A stretch of 64,000 bases of DNA from Leucoraja erinacea. Taxonomy: Eukaryota. Under the pieces are notes generated by a model. That model made no database searches, was not told the DNA's origin, and was given only the letters and a program-made list of their open reading frames with translations. Shown here in pieces: positions 24,801 to 34,444 of this stretch; position 1 is the first letter of the stretch, and every line of letters starts with the position of its first letter. Both the position numbers and the translations under genes were made by a program. The stretch is from positions 186,001-250,000 of the forward strand of contig NW_026575759.1 in the NCBI RefSeq assembly GCF_028641065.1, read 5' to 3'.

Positions 24801-27800
24801 ACATGTGGGTTCGTAGGTCAATTGTCTGATGTAAATTTCCCCTGGTGTGTAGGATGCGAAACTGAGATATCGCAGAACTAGTGTGAAAGGGCGACTGATG
24901 GTATGCATGGACTCGATGGGCCGAAGGGCCTGCTTCGATGCTGTATCTGTAAACTAAACTAAAGAGGCCAGCATTACTGCTCTGATCAGCTTTTACATTC
25001 GGCAACGAGACATTTAGTTATAAAACAAAAAATAGCAAATATATTTTTTCCCAACAGTATTGCGTTTCACTATAATTAACTGTGTGTCCTTCCACCCCCC
25101 TCACCCTCTCAGGCAAACCAGAAGGTTGCGGCTTTGAGGAGAGCTATTGACTGCCACAGCGCATACACCGACATGGTAAGGAAAGATCAGGGTGAGCTGC
25201 ACAAAGTGCTGGAGTAACACAGCTGATCCGGCACTGTCTCTACAATAGGTTCACAAGGTTAAATCCCGGGATGGCGGGACTGTCATATGCTGAGAGAATG
25301 GAGCGGCTGGGCTTGTACACTCTGGGGTTTAGAAAGATGAGACATATAAGATTATTAAGGGTTTGGACACGCTAGAGGCAGCAAACGTGTTCCCGATGTT
25401 GGGGGAGTCCAGAACCAGGGGAATGTGAGGAGGGAAAGATTTAATGTGAACCTGTGCATAATTAAGAATAAGGGGTAAGCCATTTAGAACGGAGATGAGA
25501 AAACACTTTTTCACACAGAGAGTTGTGAGTCTGTGGAATTCTCAGCCGGTTCTCTGGATACCTTCAAGAGAGAGCTTGATAGGGCTCTTAAAGATAACGG
25601 GGTGAGGAGATATGGGGAGAAGGCAGGAACGGGGTACTGATTGGGGATGATCAGCCGTGATCACACTGAATGGCTGTGCTGAGTCAAAGGGCCGAATGGC
25701 CTCCTCCTGCACCTATTGTCTATTGTCTATTGTCAAAATCTTGTATAAACCTGCATCTGCAGCTCTCACATAAATGTGTTTTGTTCTGCTCACAGGCGCT
25801 GAAAGGCTTGGCAATTGACAGGCACCTGTTGGGACTGAAGCTGCAGGCTATCGAGGAAGGGCTGAGCGTGCCGGAAATCTTCATGGACACATCCTTCGCT
25901 GTGGCCACTCACTGGAGACTCTCGACGGGACAGGTCAAGTCATGTCAACTTTATTTGTCACTAAAGGGCCTGTCCCACTTGGCAATTTTGTTCGGCGACT
26001 GCCGGCATCGTATCAGTGTCGCCGAAAGATTTTGAACATTTTCAAAATCCAGCGGCGACAAAAAAAATGTTGCGACACTTGAAATAACACCTGATACGCC
26101 AGTCAATGATGCCGGCAGTCGCCGGAAAAATCACCAAGTCGGACAGGCCCTTTGCACATGCAAGATGTACAGTGAAATGAAACAATGAGATGTACAATGC
26201 CTACGGTGCTGGCTCGAAGGGCCGAATGGCCTACTCCTGCACCTGCACCTATTGTCTATAGATTGTGCAAAACAACAGAACAGAACCAGAATTAAAAAAA
26301 AGACACAACAGTATTCACACCCTGGTGAGATCAGAGTTTACAGTCCTGACGGCCTGTGGCAAGAAACTCCGTCTCATCCTCTCTGTTTGACAGCGGAGGC
26401 GTTTGCCTGACCGTAGCAGCTGGAACAGTCCGTTGCTGGGGGGGTAGGGGTCCCCCATAATGTTGCTGGCTTTGGATCTGCACCTCCTGATGTATAGGTC
26501 GTGCAATGGAGGGGGAGTGTAGTTCCCATGGTGTGTTCGGCCGAACGCACTACTCTCTGCAGAACCTTCCTGTCCTGGGCAGAGCTGTTGCCAAACCAGA
26601 TCGAGATGTTTCCAGTCAGGATACTTTCTACGGCACCAGAGTAGAAGGATTGAAGGATCATAGAAACATAGAAACATAGAAATTAGGTGCAGGAGTAGGC
26701 CATTCGGCCCTTCGGGCCTGCACCGCCATTCAATATGATCATGGCTGATCATCCAACTCAGTATCCCGTACCAGCCTTCTCTCCATACCCCTTGATCCCC
26801 TTGGCCACAAGGGCCACATCTACTCCCTCTTAAATATAGCAATGAACTGGCCTCCACTACCCTCCGTGGCAGAGAGTTCCAGAGATTCACCACTCTCTGT
26901 GTGAAAAAAGTTCTTCTCATCTCGGTTTTAAAGGTTTTTCCCCCTTAGCTCCCCTTGTCCTGGACTTCCCCACATCGGGAACAATCTTCCTGCATCTAGC
27001 CTGTCCAACCCCTTAAGAAATTTTGTAAGTTTTCTATAAGATCCCCTCTCAATCTCCTAAATTCTAGAGAGTATAAACATCCTCAGAGAAACTCCTGGTT
27101 CTGGACTCCCCCAACATTGGGAATATGTTTCCTGCCTCTAGCGTGTCCAAACCCTTAATTTGGTCCATATCCCTCCAAACCTCTCACTTGCATCTGGAGT
27201 TTTTCATTGCAATTTGGTAAAAGAAATGGTGCTGAAATCACGTGCGATACCTAATTATATGTTGACGGTCCTTCTGCAGTTGTACAGGGCCTTAGTGAGA
27301 CCACACCTGGAGTATTGTGTGCAGTTTTGTTCGCCTAATTTGAGGAAGGACATTCTTGCTATTGAGGGTGTGCAGTGTAGGTTCACCAGGTTCATTCCCG
27401 GGATGGTGGGACTGTCATATGCAGAGAGAATGGAATGGCTGGGCTTGTACACTCTGGAGTTTAGAAGGATGAGAGGGAATCTTATTGAAACATGTAAGAT
27501 TATTAAGGGTTTGGACACGCTGGAGGCAGGAAACATGTTCCTGATGTTGGGTGAGTCCAGAACCAGGGGCCACACAGTTTAAGAATAAGGGGTAAGCCAT
27601 TTGGAACGGAGATGAGGAAACACATTTTCACACAGAGAGTTGTGAGCCTGTGGAATTCTCTGCCTTAGATGGCGGTGGAGGCCTGTTCTCTGGATGCTTT
27701 CAAGAGAGAGCTACATAGGGCTCTTAAAGATAATGGAGTCGGGGGATATGGGGTGAAGGCAGGAACGGGGTACTGATTGGGGATGATCAGCCGTGATCAC

Positions 27801-28116
27801 ATTGAATGGCGGTGTTGGCTCAAAGGGCCGAATGGCCTACTCCTGCACCTAGTGTCTATTGAATGGGTGTTCTTAACCTGAGACTCTTTCCCTTTCACAG
27901 GTCTCTGCCAGAGCTGACTGTGTGATGTGCTTCGGCCCGATGGAGCCAGACGGATATGGGGTTTGGTACAACCCTTTGGAGGACCACATCAATTTCTCCG
28001 TCTCTGCCTTCAACTGCTGTGAGGAGACGAATGCGGAATGGTTCTCCAAGTCGCTGGAGACGGCCCTCTCCGACCTGCACAGCTTGGTCTTGGGAGCTAC
28101 CGGTCAGACCTCTTAG
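5510..28116 (+). CDS. CRAT: Carnitine O-acetyltransferase-like gene (CRAT paralog), 5'-partial; 11 coding exons: 5510-5563, 8891-9056, 11843-12017, 13027-13205, 15065-15165, 15829-15948, 18212-18334, 19957-20092, 25113-25175, 25796-25933, 27901-28116
   Basis: All exons have AG/GT boundaries and splice into one open frame (1471 nt, about 489 aa, TAG at 28114-28116). The translation is colinear with vertebrate CRAT ([79 protein letters not shown]). The N-terminal exons were not found in the window. Probably a paralog rather than the canonical ortholog. Confidence 0.93.
5848..6720 (-). mobile_element. Non-autonomous retroelement of about 870 bp with an L2-type 3' tail and GC-rich 5' part, inserted into a CR1
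   Basis: Splits CR1 exactly at cttgcta|ttgaggg. The minus-strand 3' end reads TGTAAAGCACTTTG...TGCTATATAAATAAA plus short repeats. No recognisable protein. Confidence 0.65.
7095..7836 (-). mobile_element. CR1 3' fragment inserted antisense into another CR1 3' end
   Basis: ORFs 7434..7847(-) and 7174..7422(-); the + strand CR1 resumes at about 7837. Confidence 0.88.
8366..8572. mobile_element. MITE with GCCTGTCCCACTT-type TIRs (PIF/Harbinger-like)
   Basis: agagcctgtcccacttgggtgtcattt ... aaatgacgcccaagtgggacaggccct. Confidence 0.75.
8891..9056 (+). CDS. CRAT: CRAT-like coding exon (166 nt): [55 protein letters not shown]
   Basis: tcctctttag| acceptor and CAG|gtgaaa donor; PLCM..Y..ILSSCR.PGPK motif. 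Confidence 0.92.
9125..9465. repeat. Degenerate (TG)n/(TATG)n microsatellite
   Basis: Directly visible. Confidence 0.95.
9497..10305 (-). mobile_element. CR1 3' fragment
   Basis: ORF 9974..10324(-) DKCEVIHFG...[12 protein letters not shown]; (CTATTGT)n tail. Confidence 0.88.
11843..12017 (+). CDS. CRAT: CRAT-like coding exon (175 nt): [15 protein letters not shown]...GQAYNTLMK
   Basis: cttgcag| acceptor and G|gtagaa donor; within ORF 11837..12073. Confidence 0.92.
13027..13205 (+). CDS. CRAT: CRAT-like coding exon (179 nt): [20 protein letters not shown]...[12 protein letters not shown]
   Basis: cccacag| acceptor and CAG|gtacaa donor; contains the NRWFDK carnitine acyltransferase signature. 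Confidence 0.94.
15065..15165 (+). CDS. CRAT: CRAT-like coding exon (101 nt): [33 protein letters not shown] (catalytic-His exon, His replaced by Gln)
   Basis: attgcag| acceptor and TG|gtaaga donor; aligns to 'FIVAEDGSCGLVYEHAAAEGPPIV'. Not in the ORF track. Confidence 0.92.
15829..15948 (+). CDS. CRAT: CRAT-like coding exon (120 nt): [39 protein letters not shown]
   Basis: ttgtgtag| acceptor and AT|gtgagt donor; PLP.PKKL.F.ITPEIK motif. Confidence 0.92.
16042..16544. mobile_element. Non-autonomous DNA transposon with TAGGGTTGCCAAC-type TIRs (hAT-like)
   Basis: tagggttgccaact ... agttggcgaacccta with subterminal TGTCCCGTATT repeats; no TSD is obvious. Confidence 0.7.
16938..18169 (-). mobile_element. 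L1-like LINE 3' end with poly(A) and 8-bp TSD, containing a nested CR1 (about 17010-17540)
   Basis: ORF 17797..18087(-) [11 protein letters not shown]...P.LKMW...W.PF; T-run at 16938; GTATCTCT duplicated at 16930-16937 and 18170-18177. Confidence 0.8.
18212..18334 (+). CDS. CRAT: CRAT-like coding exon (123 nt): [40 protein letters not shown]
   Basis: ctgttccag| acceptor and AG|gtatgt donor; FGKDFPK...[12 protein letters not shown] CoA-binding segment. Confidence 0.93.
18350..18990. mobile_element. Second, inverted copy of the 16042-16544 element, carrying a CTG expansion
   Basis: Reverse-complement similarity along its length; the shared pseudo-peptide [20 protein letters not shown] appears on opposite strands. 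Confidence 0.8.
18654..18840 (+). repeat. Interrupted (CTG)n trinucleotide repeat, about 60 units
   Basis: Directly visible. Confidence 0.97.
19957..20092 (+). CDS. CRAT: CRAT-like coding exon (136 nt): [45 protein letters not shown]
   Basis: cttttag| acceptor and GAG|gtaatt donor; SLR.FHLGRTD..RS motif. Confidence 0.92.
20872..24022 (+). mobile_element. Near-intact 5'-truncated CR1 LINE: ORF1 C-terminus, ORF2 (APE endonuclease + RT), 3' UTR and (ATATGGTT)n tail
   Basis: The ORF1 esterase-like end [17 protein letters not shown]...LK* is at about 20875-20959, followed by ORF2 and a microsatellite tail at 24001-24022. The element is inserted into a SINE. Confidence 0.92.
21054..23932 (+). CDS. 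CR1 ORF2 (endonuclease-reverse transcriptase) with one 1-nt frameshift near 23588
   Basis: EN motifs FNARS, ISETW, YRPP, GDFN and SDH; RT motifs [30 protein letters not shown] and YADD. The 847-aa ORF 21054..23597 is continued by the frame of ORF 23654..23932. Confidence 0.9.
24190..24790 (+). mobile_element. Rex1/Babar-like LINE 3' fragment
   Basis: [13 protein letters not shown]...[18 protein letters not shown]...DPSHPGH.LF..LPSGRR.R. Confidence 0.75.
25113..25175 (+). CDS. CRAT: CRAT-like coding exon (63 nt): [21 protein letters not shown]
   Basis: ccctctcag| acceptor and ATG|gtaagg donor; aligns to 'HQKVELLRKAVQAHRGYTDR'. Confidence 0.88.
25796..25933 (+). CDS. CRAT: CRAT-like coding exon (138 nt): [46 protein letters not shown]
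   Basis: ctcacag| acceptor and CAG|gtcaag donor; DRHLLGLK motif; the STS motif reads STG. Confidence 0.93.
25965..26151. mobile_element. MITE with AGGGCCTGTCCCACTT TIRs (PIF/Harbinger-like)
   Basis: agggcctgtcccacttgg ... ccaagtcggacaggccct with a near-palindromic interior. Confidence 0.78.
26280..27860. mobile_element. Cluster: Rex1/Babar-like fragment (-, about 26280-26660), CR1 (-, about 26660-27160) and CR1 (+, about 27268-27860)
   Basis: ORFs 26374..26661(-), 26315..26920(-) and 27160..27582(+). Confidence 0.78.
27901..28116 (+). CDS. CRAT: CRAT-like last coding exon: [25 protein letters not shown]...LGATGQTS*
   Basis: cctttcacag| acceptor; FGP..PDGYG.YNP motif; TAG stop at 28114-28116. 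Confidence 0.93.
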   Translation, partial: VSARADCVMCFGPMEPDGYGVWYNPLEDHINFSVSAFNCCEETNAEWFSKSLETALSDLHSLVLGATGQTS

Positions 28117-28249
28117 GGGGACCGGTCTGGAAGAGGCCGCCCGCTATACAAAGGGAGCCATGATCCCTTGCTCTGAGAGGTCTCCTTTGCAATATGAACT
28201 AGTATGATAGTCAGGCTGATGGATGTTAGTTTCATATGATCCTGCAACT

Positions 28250-28713
28250 NNNNNNNNNNNNNNNNNNNNNNNNNNNNNNNNNNNNNNNNNNNNNNNNNNN
28301 NNNNNNNNNNNNNNNNNNNNNNNNNNNNNNNNNNNNNNNNNNNNNNNNNNNNNNNNNNNNNNNNNNNNNNNNNNNNNNNNNNNNNNNNNNNNNNNNNNNN
28401 NNNNNNNNNNNNNNNNNNNNNNNNNNNNNNNNNNNNNNNNNNNNNNNNNNNNNNNNNNNNNNNNNNNNNNNNNNNNNNNNNNNNNNNNNNNNNNNNNNNN
28501 NNNNNNNNNNNNNNNNNNNNNNNNNNNNNNNNNNNNNNNNNNNNNNNNNNNNNNNNNNNNNNNNNNNNNNNNNNNNNNNNNNNNNNNNNNNNNNNNNNNN
28601 NNNNNNNNNNNNNNNNNNNNNNNNNNNNNNNNNNNNNNNNNNNNNNNNNNNNNNNNNNNNNNNNNNNNNNNNNNNNNNNNNNNNNNNNNNNNNNNNNNNN
28701 NNNNNNNNNNNNN
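28250..28713. other. Assembly gap (N run); other gaps at 36259-36463, 49742-50148, 57560-57700 and 58187-58423
   Basis: Runs of N. Confidence 0.99.
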
Positions 28714-29058
28714 TACAACTACAAATTTGCTTTCAAAGGTCAAAGTGTAATACATTTGTTCCCCCAATATGATTCTTCCTCTTGCCTATGGCGTGCACAA
28801 CTTGTTCTATTTGATCTTCTTTGATTGAGCATGCCAGGTTGATTGCATTCGTCAAAACAGGGCAGACCACGTGAAGGTTGGAATCCCCCCCCCATATGAA
28901 TGATGGACCCCAAGTCGTCAAATGTATATTATCTGTTACAAACGAGGTGTGCTCGTGAGGTTGCGAGAGATTTATTAAATAGATTGGATTTCCTTTCATA
29001 AGTGACATCATCTCCAGCAACCCACCAGTTTCCACTGCATAGGACACTACACACGTGC

Positions 29059-29064
29059 AATAAA
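29059..29064 (+). terminator. Candidate polyadenylation signal (AATAAA) for the CRAT-like gene
   Basis: First AATAAA seen downstream of the stop codon, but an N-gap (28250-28713) lies in between. Confidence 0.3.
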
Positions 29065-30313
29065 CCTGTTACAACCATGCATTAGCTGCAATTATTTGCG
29101 ATTTATCGTCTTTGCAGGGGCATTTTCGCATTCTCTAACGGCCTCTTTCATTCAGAGTCCAGTGACTGTCTAATTTAGCACTGTTCCCCAATCGATAACA
29201 CTCATCTTGAATCATTTCTATCTCTATCATCAGCCCTCACTCCAAAGATCTGGTCTGTTTCCCATTCACTAATGTTCATATCTTGAACTATTTCGATCAT
29301 TAATTACTGTGCATCGTTCATCCCTGCTTCAGACTTACTAAAGATATCTCGTTTTCACACCTTGCCCTTCCATATCTCTGGTTTCCCTCTCCCCGTACTC
29401 TCAGCATGAAGAAGGGTCTGGACCCGAATACTCGCCTGTTCCTTCTATCCAGAGATGCTGCCTGTCCCGCTGAGTCACTCCAGCATGTTTTTGTGTGTCT
29501 ATGTTCGATTTAAACCAGCATCTGCAGTTCCTCCCTGCACATTTGGTCTGGGGGAAGGAATGGGTCGAGATCCTTCAGACTAGCTCTGCTCAAGGTCGGG
29601 ACCCGAATTGTCACCTATTCCTTCTCTCCAGTGATGCTGCCTGACCCACTGAGTTACTCCAGCATTTTCTGTCGATCTGCCCCAGCAGAGCAAGGATGGA
29701 CTGGGTGCAATAGGCCACAGTGCACAAGTTGGTCCTGCTGAGTTACTCCAGCATTTTGTGTCTATCTTCAGCATAAACCAGCATCTGCAGTTCCTTCCTC
29801 CTTACTGCAAGGATCTAGTGTGTTCCCTAATCAATAATGTTTATATCTTGAATGCATTTGATATCCATCGATCGGTAATCACCACCCATTGTTCATCCCT
29901 TAGAATAAGGATCTTGTCTGTTCCCTAATCAATAATGCTCATATCTTGATTAATTTCTATGTCTACCAACACTGTGTGTGCAGCGGTAGAGCTATTGCCT
30001 TACACCATCAGAGACCAGGGTTCGATCCTGACTACGGGTGCTGCCTGTACGGAGTTTATACGTTCTCCCCCGTGACCAGTGAGGGTGTTCTCCGAGATCT
30101 TTGGTCACTCCAAACCACACTCCAAAGAAGTCCAGGGCTTAATTGGCTCAGTGTATATGTAAAATGGTCCCTGGCGTGTGTAGGGTAGTGTTAATGTGTG
30201 GGGATAGCAGGCCCGTGCGGACTTGGTGGGCCGAAGGGCCTGTTTTTCTGCATTGTATCTCTAAATTGAACCAAGCTAAACTACCACCAACCATTGTTCA
30301 TCCCTTGGTGTAA

Positions 30314-30528
30314 TGCCCCTGTCCCACTTAGGAAACCTGAACGGAAACCTCTGGAGACTTTGTGCCCCACCCAAGGTTTCCGTGCGGTTCCCGGAGGTTT
30401 TTGTCAGGCTTCCACTACCTGCAACCTCCGGCAACCACCTGCAACCTCCGGGAATCGCACGGAAACCTTGGGTGGGGCGCAAAGTCTCCAGGGGTTTCCG
30501 TTCAGGTTTCCTAAGTGGGACAGGGGCA
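30314..30528. mobile_element. Palindromic MITE with TAA target-site duplication (PIF/Harbinger-like)
   Basis: TAA|tgcccctgtcccacttaggaaacc ... ggtttcctaagtgggacaggggca|TAA; arms about 85 bp and near perfect. Confidence 0.88.
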
Positions 30529-31719
30529 TAAGGATCTGGATTGTCACAAATTGCCACAATCTCTTGGTATAAGGATCTGGATTGTCACAATTGTTACTTT
30601 GGAGATTTAAGCAGTATCCATTATTCATCTTGTGCAGCTTGGCTTAGATTTTTCAAGTTCCATCTCAAAGATGGTGAAAATAGTCGCCATTCGCAAAGAT
30701 AAAATCTTTCATTTACTTTGCTTGTTGGAGATTTCCTGCAAATATTCGAGTTAAATGCCAGATTGAGCTCTCTTTGTCTTTAAGGTTTGTGAATTTTATT
30801 AACAAGAAATGGTGAGATGTAACAACCTTCAAAATAAATAACTTCATGTAACTGATCTTTTATTGGTACTAATTTCAACAATTTTGTTTAAAATTAAGTT
30901 TTGTTGCTTGAGGCATTAATATGCAGAGGGATCTTGGGGTCCTAGTCCATAACTCCCTGATGTTCAGCTGGGAAAGGCGGCAGAGAAGATTTCCGACGAT
31001 GTTGCTGACACTCGAAGGCCTGAGCTACAGCGAGAGGTTGAGCTATGCCAGGACTTTGTTCCTTGCAATGCAGCAGGAAGAGGGGTGATCTTATATAGCG
31101 GTGAGGAGAATAGATTTTTGGGACACGCTAGAGGCAGGAAACATGTTCCCAATGTTGGGGGAGTCCAGAACCAGGGGCCACACAGTTTATGAATAAGGGG
31201 TAAGCCATTTAGAACGGAGATGAGGAAACACTTTTCACACAGAGAGTGGTGAGTCTGCGGAATTCTCTGCCTCAGAGGGCGGTGGAGGCCGTTTCTCTGG
31301 ATGCTTTCAAGAGGGAGCTAGATAGGGCTCTTAAAGATAGAGTCGGGGGGATATGTGGAGAAGGCAGGAACGGGGTACTGATTGGGGATGACCAGCCATG
31401 ATCACATTGAGTGGCGGTGCTGGCTCGAAGGGCCGAATGGCCTCTACTCCTGCACCTATTGTCTATTGAATCTGAGAGGTAGCTTTTTCACACAAGACGT
31501 GGTGGGTGTATGGAACAAGCTGCCAGAGGAGGTAGTTGAGGCTGGGACTATCCCAGCGTTTAAGAAACAGGTACATGGATAGGACAGGTTTGGAGGGATT
31601 ATGGACCCAAACCCCGCTCTAAGGTCTTTGATATGGACCAAGCGCAGGCAAGTGGGACTAGTGTAGCTGGGACATACATGTTGGCTGGACCCTTGATCTT
31701 TCCAACCTTCAATCCCTAT

Positions 31720-31980
31720 ATTAGTTTCACTCTCTCCGCTCCGCCCATGCATGCCCCATTTTTGCGGAAACGCAAGTCTGTGTTAATCTCCTCTCCCGAC
31801 GGTCGTCGTCCTCGTCCAGTGAAGGTCACGGTGGAAGGAAGCGGTCACTCAGAGCCCGGTCACTCCATTCTGTTTGCTGGTTGCCGGTTGCAGACTCGGT
31901 GGGGAGGGGGAGGACCCCCGGGCGAAGAGCGGGGACGAGGGAGGAGGCGAAGCGGCCGCGCCGGGGGATTGACCAGGTGA
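31720..31980 (+). promoter_or_regulatory. CpG/GC-rich non-repeat segment; candidate promoter and non-coding first exon of the butyrophilin-like gene
   Basis: Dense CpG, a CCGCCC box at 31741 and a possible donor CAG|gtgaca at 31976/31977. The BTN leader exon has a strong acceptor at 35612, so an upstream exon is expected. The assignment is inference. Confidence 0.35.
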
Positions 31981-32023
31981 CAAAGCGATCGCTGCCCCTG
32001 TTTGTCGGTGGAAGGGAACCTGT

Positions 32024-32080
32024 GTTGCCCACACCACACGTTGCCCACACCACACGTTGCCCACACCACACGTTGCCCAC
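32024..32080 (+). repeat. 16-bp tandem repeat (GTTGCCCACACCACAC), about 3.5 copies
   Basis: Directly visible. Confidence 0.9.
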
Positions 32081-32349
32081 AGCCCCCACTGGGTGCGCTC
32101 GGGTCGTTGCCCCTTTAGAGAATCTGGAGAGACACAAGGAACTTGGTTTACAACTTGCCAACAATGTCCCAGCTACACTAGTCCCACCTGCCAGCGCTTG
32201 GTCCATATCCCAGCTATCACAATGAATGGCGGTGCAGGCTCGAAGGGCCAAATGGCCTCCTCCTGCACCTATATTATGTGTTTCTCCCAACGTCCATATT
32301 TATGCACTGACTGATGACTCCAGCACTTTGTGTCTTTTCCTGGCAGGTG

Positions 32350-32792
32350 ACAGGAGGTGGGTGGGGCTGGGAGTGGGGCTGAGGATGGGAGTGAGGGTGG
32401 AGGTGAGGGTGGGGGTGGGGGGGGTGATGATGCGGGGTGAGAGTGGGGGTGAGGGTGGGGATGGGGGTGAGGGTGGGGGGGGTATAATGGGGGTGCGGCT
32501 GAGGGTGGGGGTGGGGTGAGGGTGGGGGTATTGGTGGGGTGGGGTGGGGGAAAGGTCAATTGGTGGGGGTGGGGCTGGGAGTGGGTGAGGATGGGGTGGG
32601 GGTGGGGCTGGGGGTGAGGGTGAGGATGGGGGTGGGGCTGGGAGTGAGGGTGGGGGTGGGGCTGGGAGTGGGGTGAGGATGGGGGGGGGGGCTGGGGTGA
32701 GGGTGAGGATGGGGGGGGGGCTGGGGGTGAGGGTGGGGGTGGGGGGGGGCTGGGAGTGGGGTGGTGGGGGGGGGCGGGGGTGGGAGCGGGGA
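32350..32792 (+). repeat. G-rich low-complexity tract (GGGGTGA/GGGGCTGGGAGT units)
   Basis: Directly visible; dozens of runs of three or more G. Confidence 0.92.
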
Positions 32793-32885
32793 AGTTGATT
32801 AGTAAATGGTAAGGAGAAAGGCCAGAAATAAAAAAGTCATAGAACATGAGATCAGATGTTAAGCGAAGAGAGATATGGGTTGTGA

Positions 32886-33395
32886 AGTCAAGTCAAGTCA
32901 AGTTTATTTGTCACATACACATACAAGATGTACAGTGAAATGAAAGTGGCAATGCCTGCGGAATTGTGCAAAACAACAGAATAACAGAACAGAACAGAAC
33001 CAGTATTTACATTAAAAAAAAGACGCCACAATATTTTTGCCCTGGTGAGATAATGGTTTACGGTCCTGACGGCCTGTGGGAAGAAACTCCGTCTCATCCT
33101 CTCTGTTTGACAGCGGAGGTGTTTGCCTGACCGTAGCAGCTGGAACAGTCCGTTGCTGGGGTGGTAGGGGTCCCCCATAATGTTGCTGGCTGTGGATCTG
33201 CGCCTCCTGGTGTATAGGTCCTGCAGGGGGGTGAGTGTAGTTCCCATAGTGTGTTCGGCCGAACGCACTACTCTCTACAGAGCCTTCCTGTCCTGGGCAG
33301 AGCTGTTCCCAAACCAGATTGTGATGTTTTCGGATGCTTTCCACAGCACCAGAGTAGAAGGATTGAAGGATCCTCGGAGAGACTTATCCTCAGAA
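32886..33395 (-). mobile_element. Rex1/Babar-like LINE 3' fragment with (CTTGA)n tail
   Basis: ORF 32888..33268(-) [20 protein letters not shown]...SFFPQAVR. Relatives at about 35835-36258(+) and 59505-60118(-). Confidence 0.72.
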
Positions 33396-34444
33396 AGGAT
33401 TATAGGTGGAAGGGGATCAGGAGGTAGTGGGAGAGGAAGGTGATAAATGGGTTCAAATCCAGGTGAAGCAATGAGAAATGGGGGGGTGGGGGGGGGGGGG
33501 GGGGTGTGGGGGGGGGGGGGGGGGGGGGGGGGGGAAGAAATGGGAGATTGTATGTGTTGGGTAATTCCATTGAACCATTTTGCTTGGCCCACCAGGACCT
33601 GCTGGATCTCCCGGTTGCCGACCATTTTAACTCCCCTCCCCATTCCCACATTGACCTTTCTGTCCTGGGCCTCCTCCATTGCCAGAGTGAGGCCCAGCGC
33701 AAATAAACAACTTCGGTATTCTGACTGCGCATGTTCAGGTCATAGGTCACAAGTGACAAAAGCTTCTCGTTAGCCGTGCATGGACACACGGACCTGCGCC
33801 TCATCCGCAGCGGGGATCGATCCCGGGTCTCCGGCACCGCAATCGCTGCCGAACCGCTGGTCTCCAGTTTATTTATTTATTTATCCATTCATTCTAATAT
33901 GTAATTACTGATTCTGTTCTATTCTGTTCTGTGTTTTTTGCACAATCCTCGGGCATTGCCACTTTCATTTCGCTGCACATCTCGTATGTGTATGTGACAA
34001 ATAGACTTGACTTGACTTGACCGCAACTGGACCATCCCCGTTCCCTCCCGAGTGCCATCCCCCCCAACCCACCCCCTCCTGTCGGTCCAGAGACGGCCAG
34101 GACGTCGGGAGTCAGACGGGCGCGGCGCCCACAGGCAGCGCGGAGAAGCAGCGCTAAATCCAGCTCATCTCTGCCCGTCTCACAGGGCTAACCGACAGCC
34201 CTGCCTGGACTGACGGGAACGAAGGCCCAGCTGCCGAGAGTTTTTATCGCTCGTGACTTTTGACAAATCCCATGATTCCTTGCGTTTTTCGTAATACCGA
34301 ACTCGCTTATTGGAGCAGCACCTCATATTTCGTATGGGTAGCTCACAACGTTGAATTCCCCAATGTTATGTAACTTCTCCTACACCTCCCTCTCCCCTTT
34401 GCCCCCTCCCTCCTCCCTTGTCACTTCACCGGTTCCACACTTGA

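Noticed and set aside
5510-28116. Calling the gene ChAT, CROT or CPT, or a decayed pseudogene
   Set aside because: The peptides are colinear with CRAT (for example [21 protein letters not shown]), and no stop, frameshift or broken splice site was seen across 11 exons.
28113-28772. Long ORFs full of X (also around 36259, 49742, 57560 and 58187)
   Set aside because: They are artefacts of N-gaps, which contain no stop codons.
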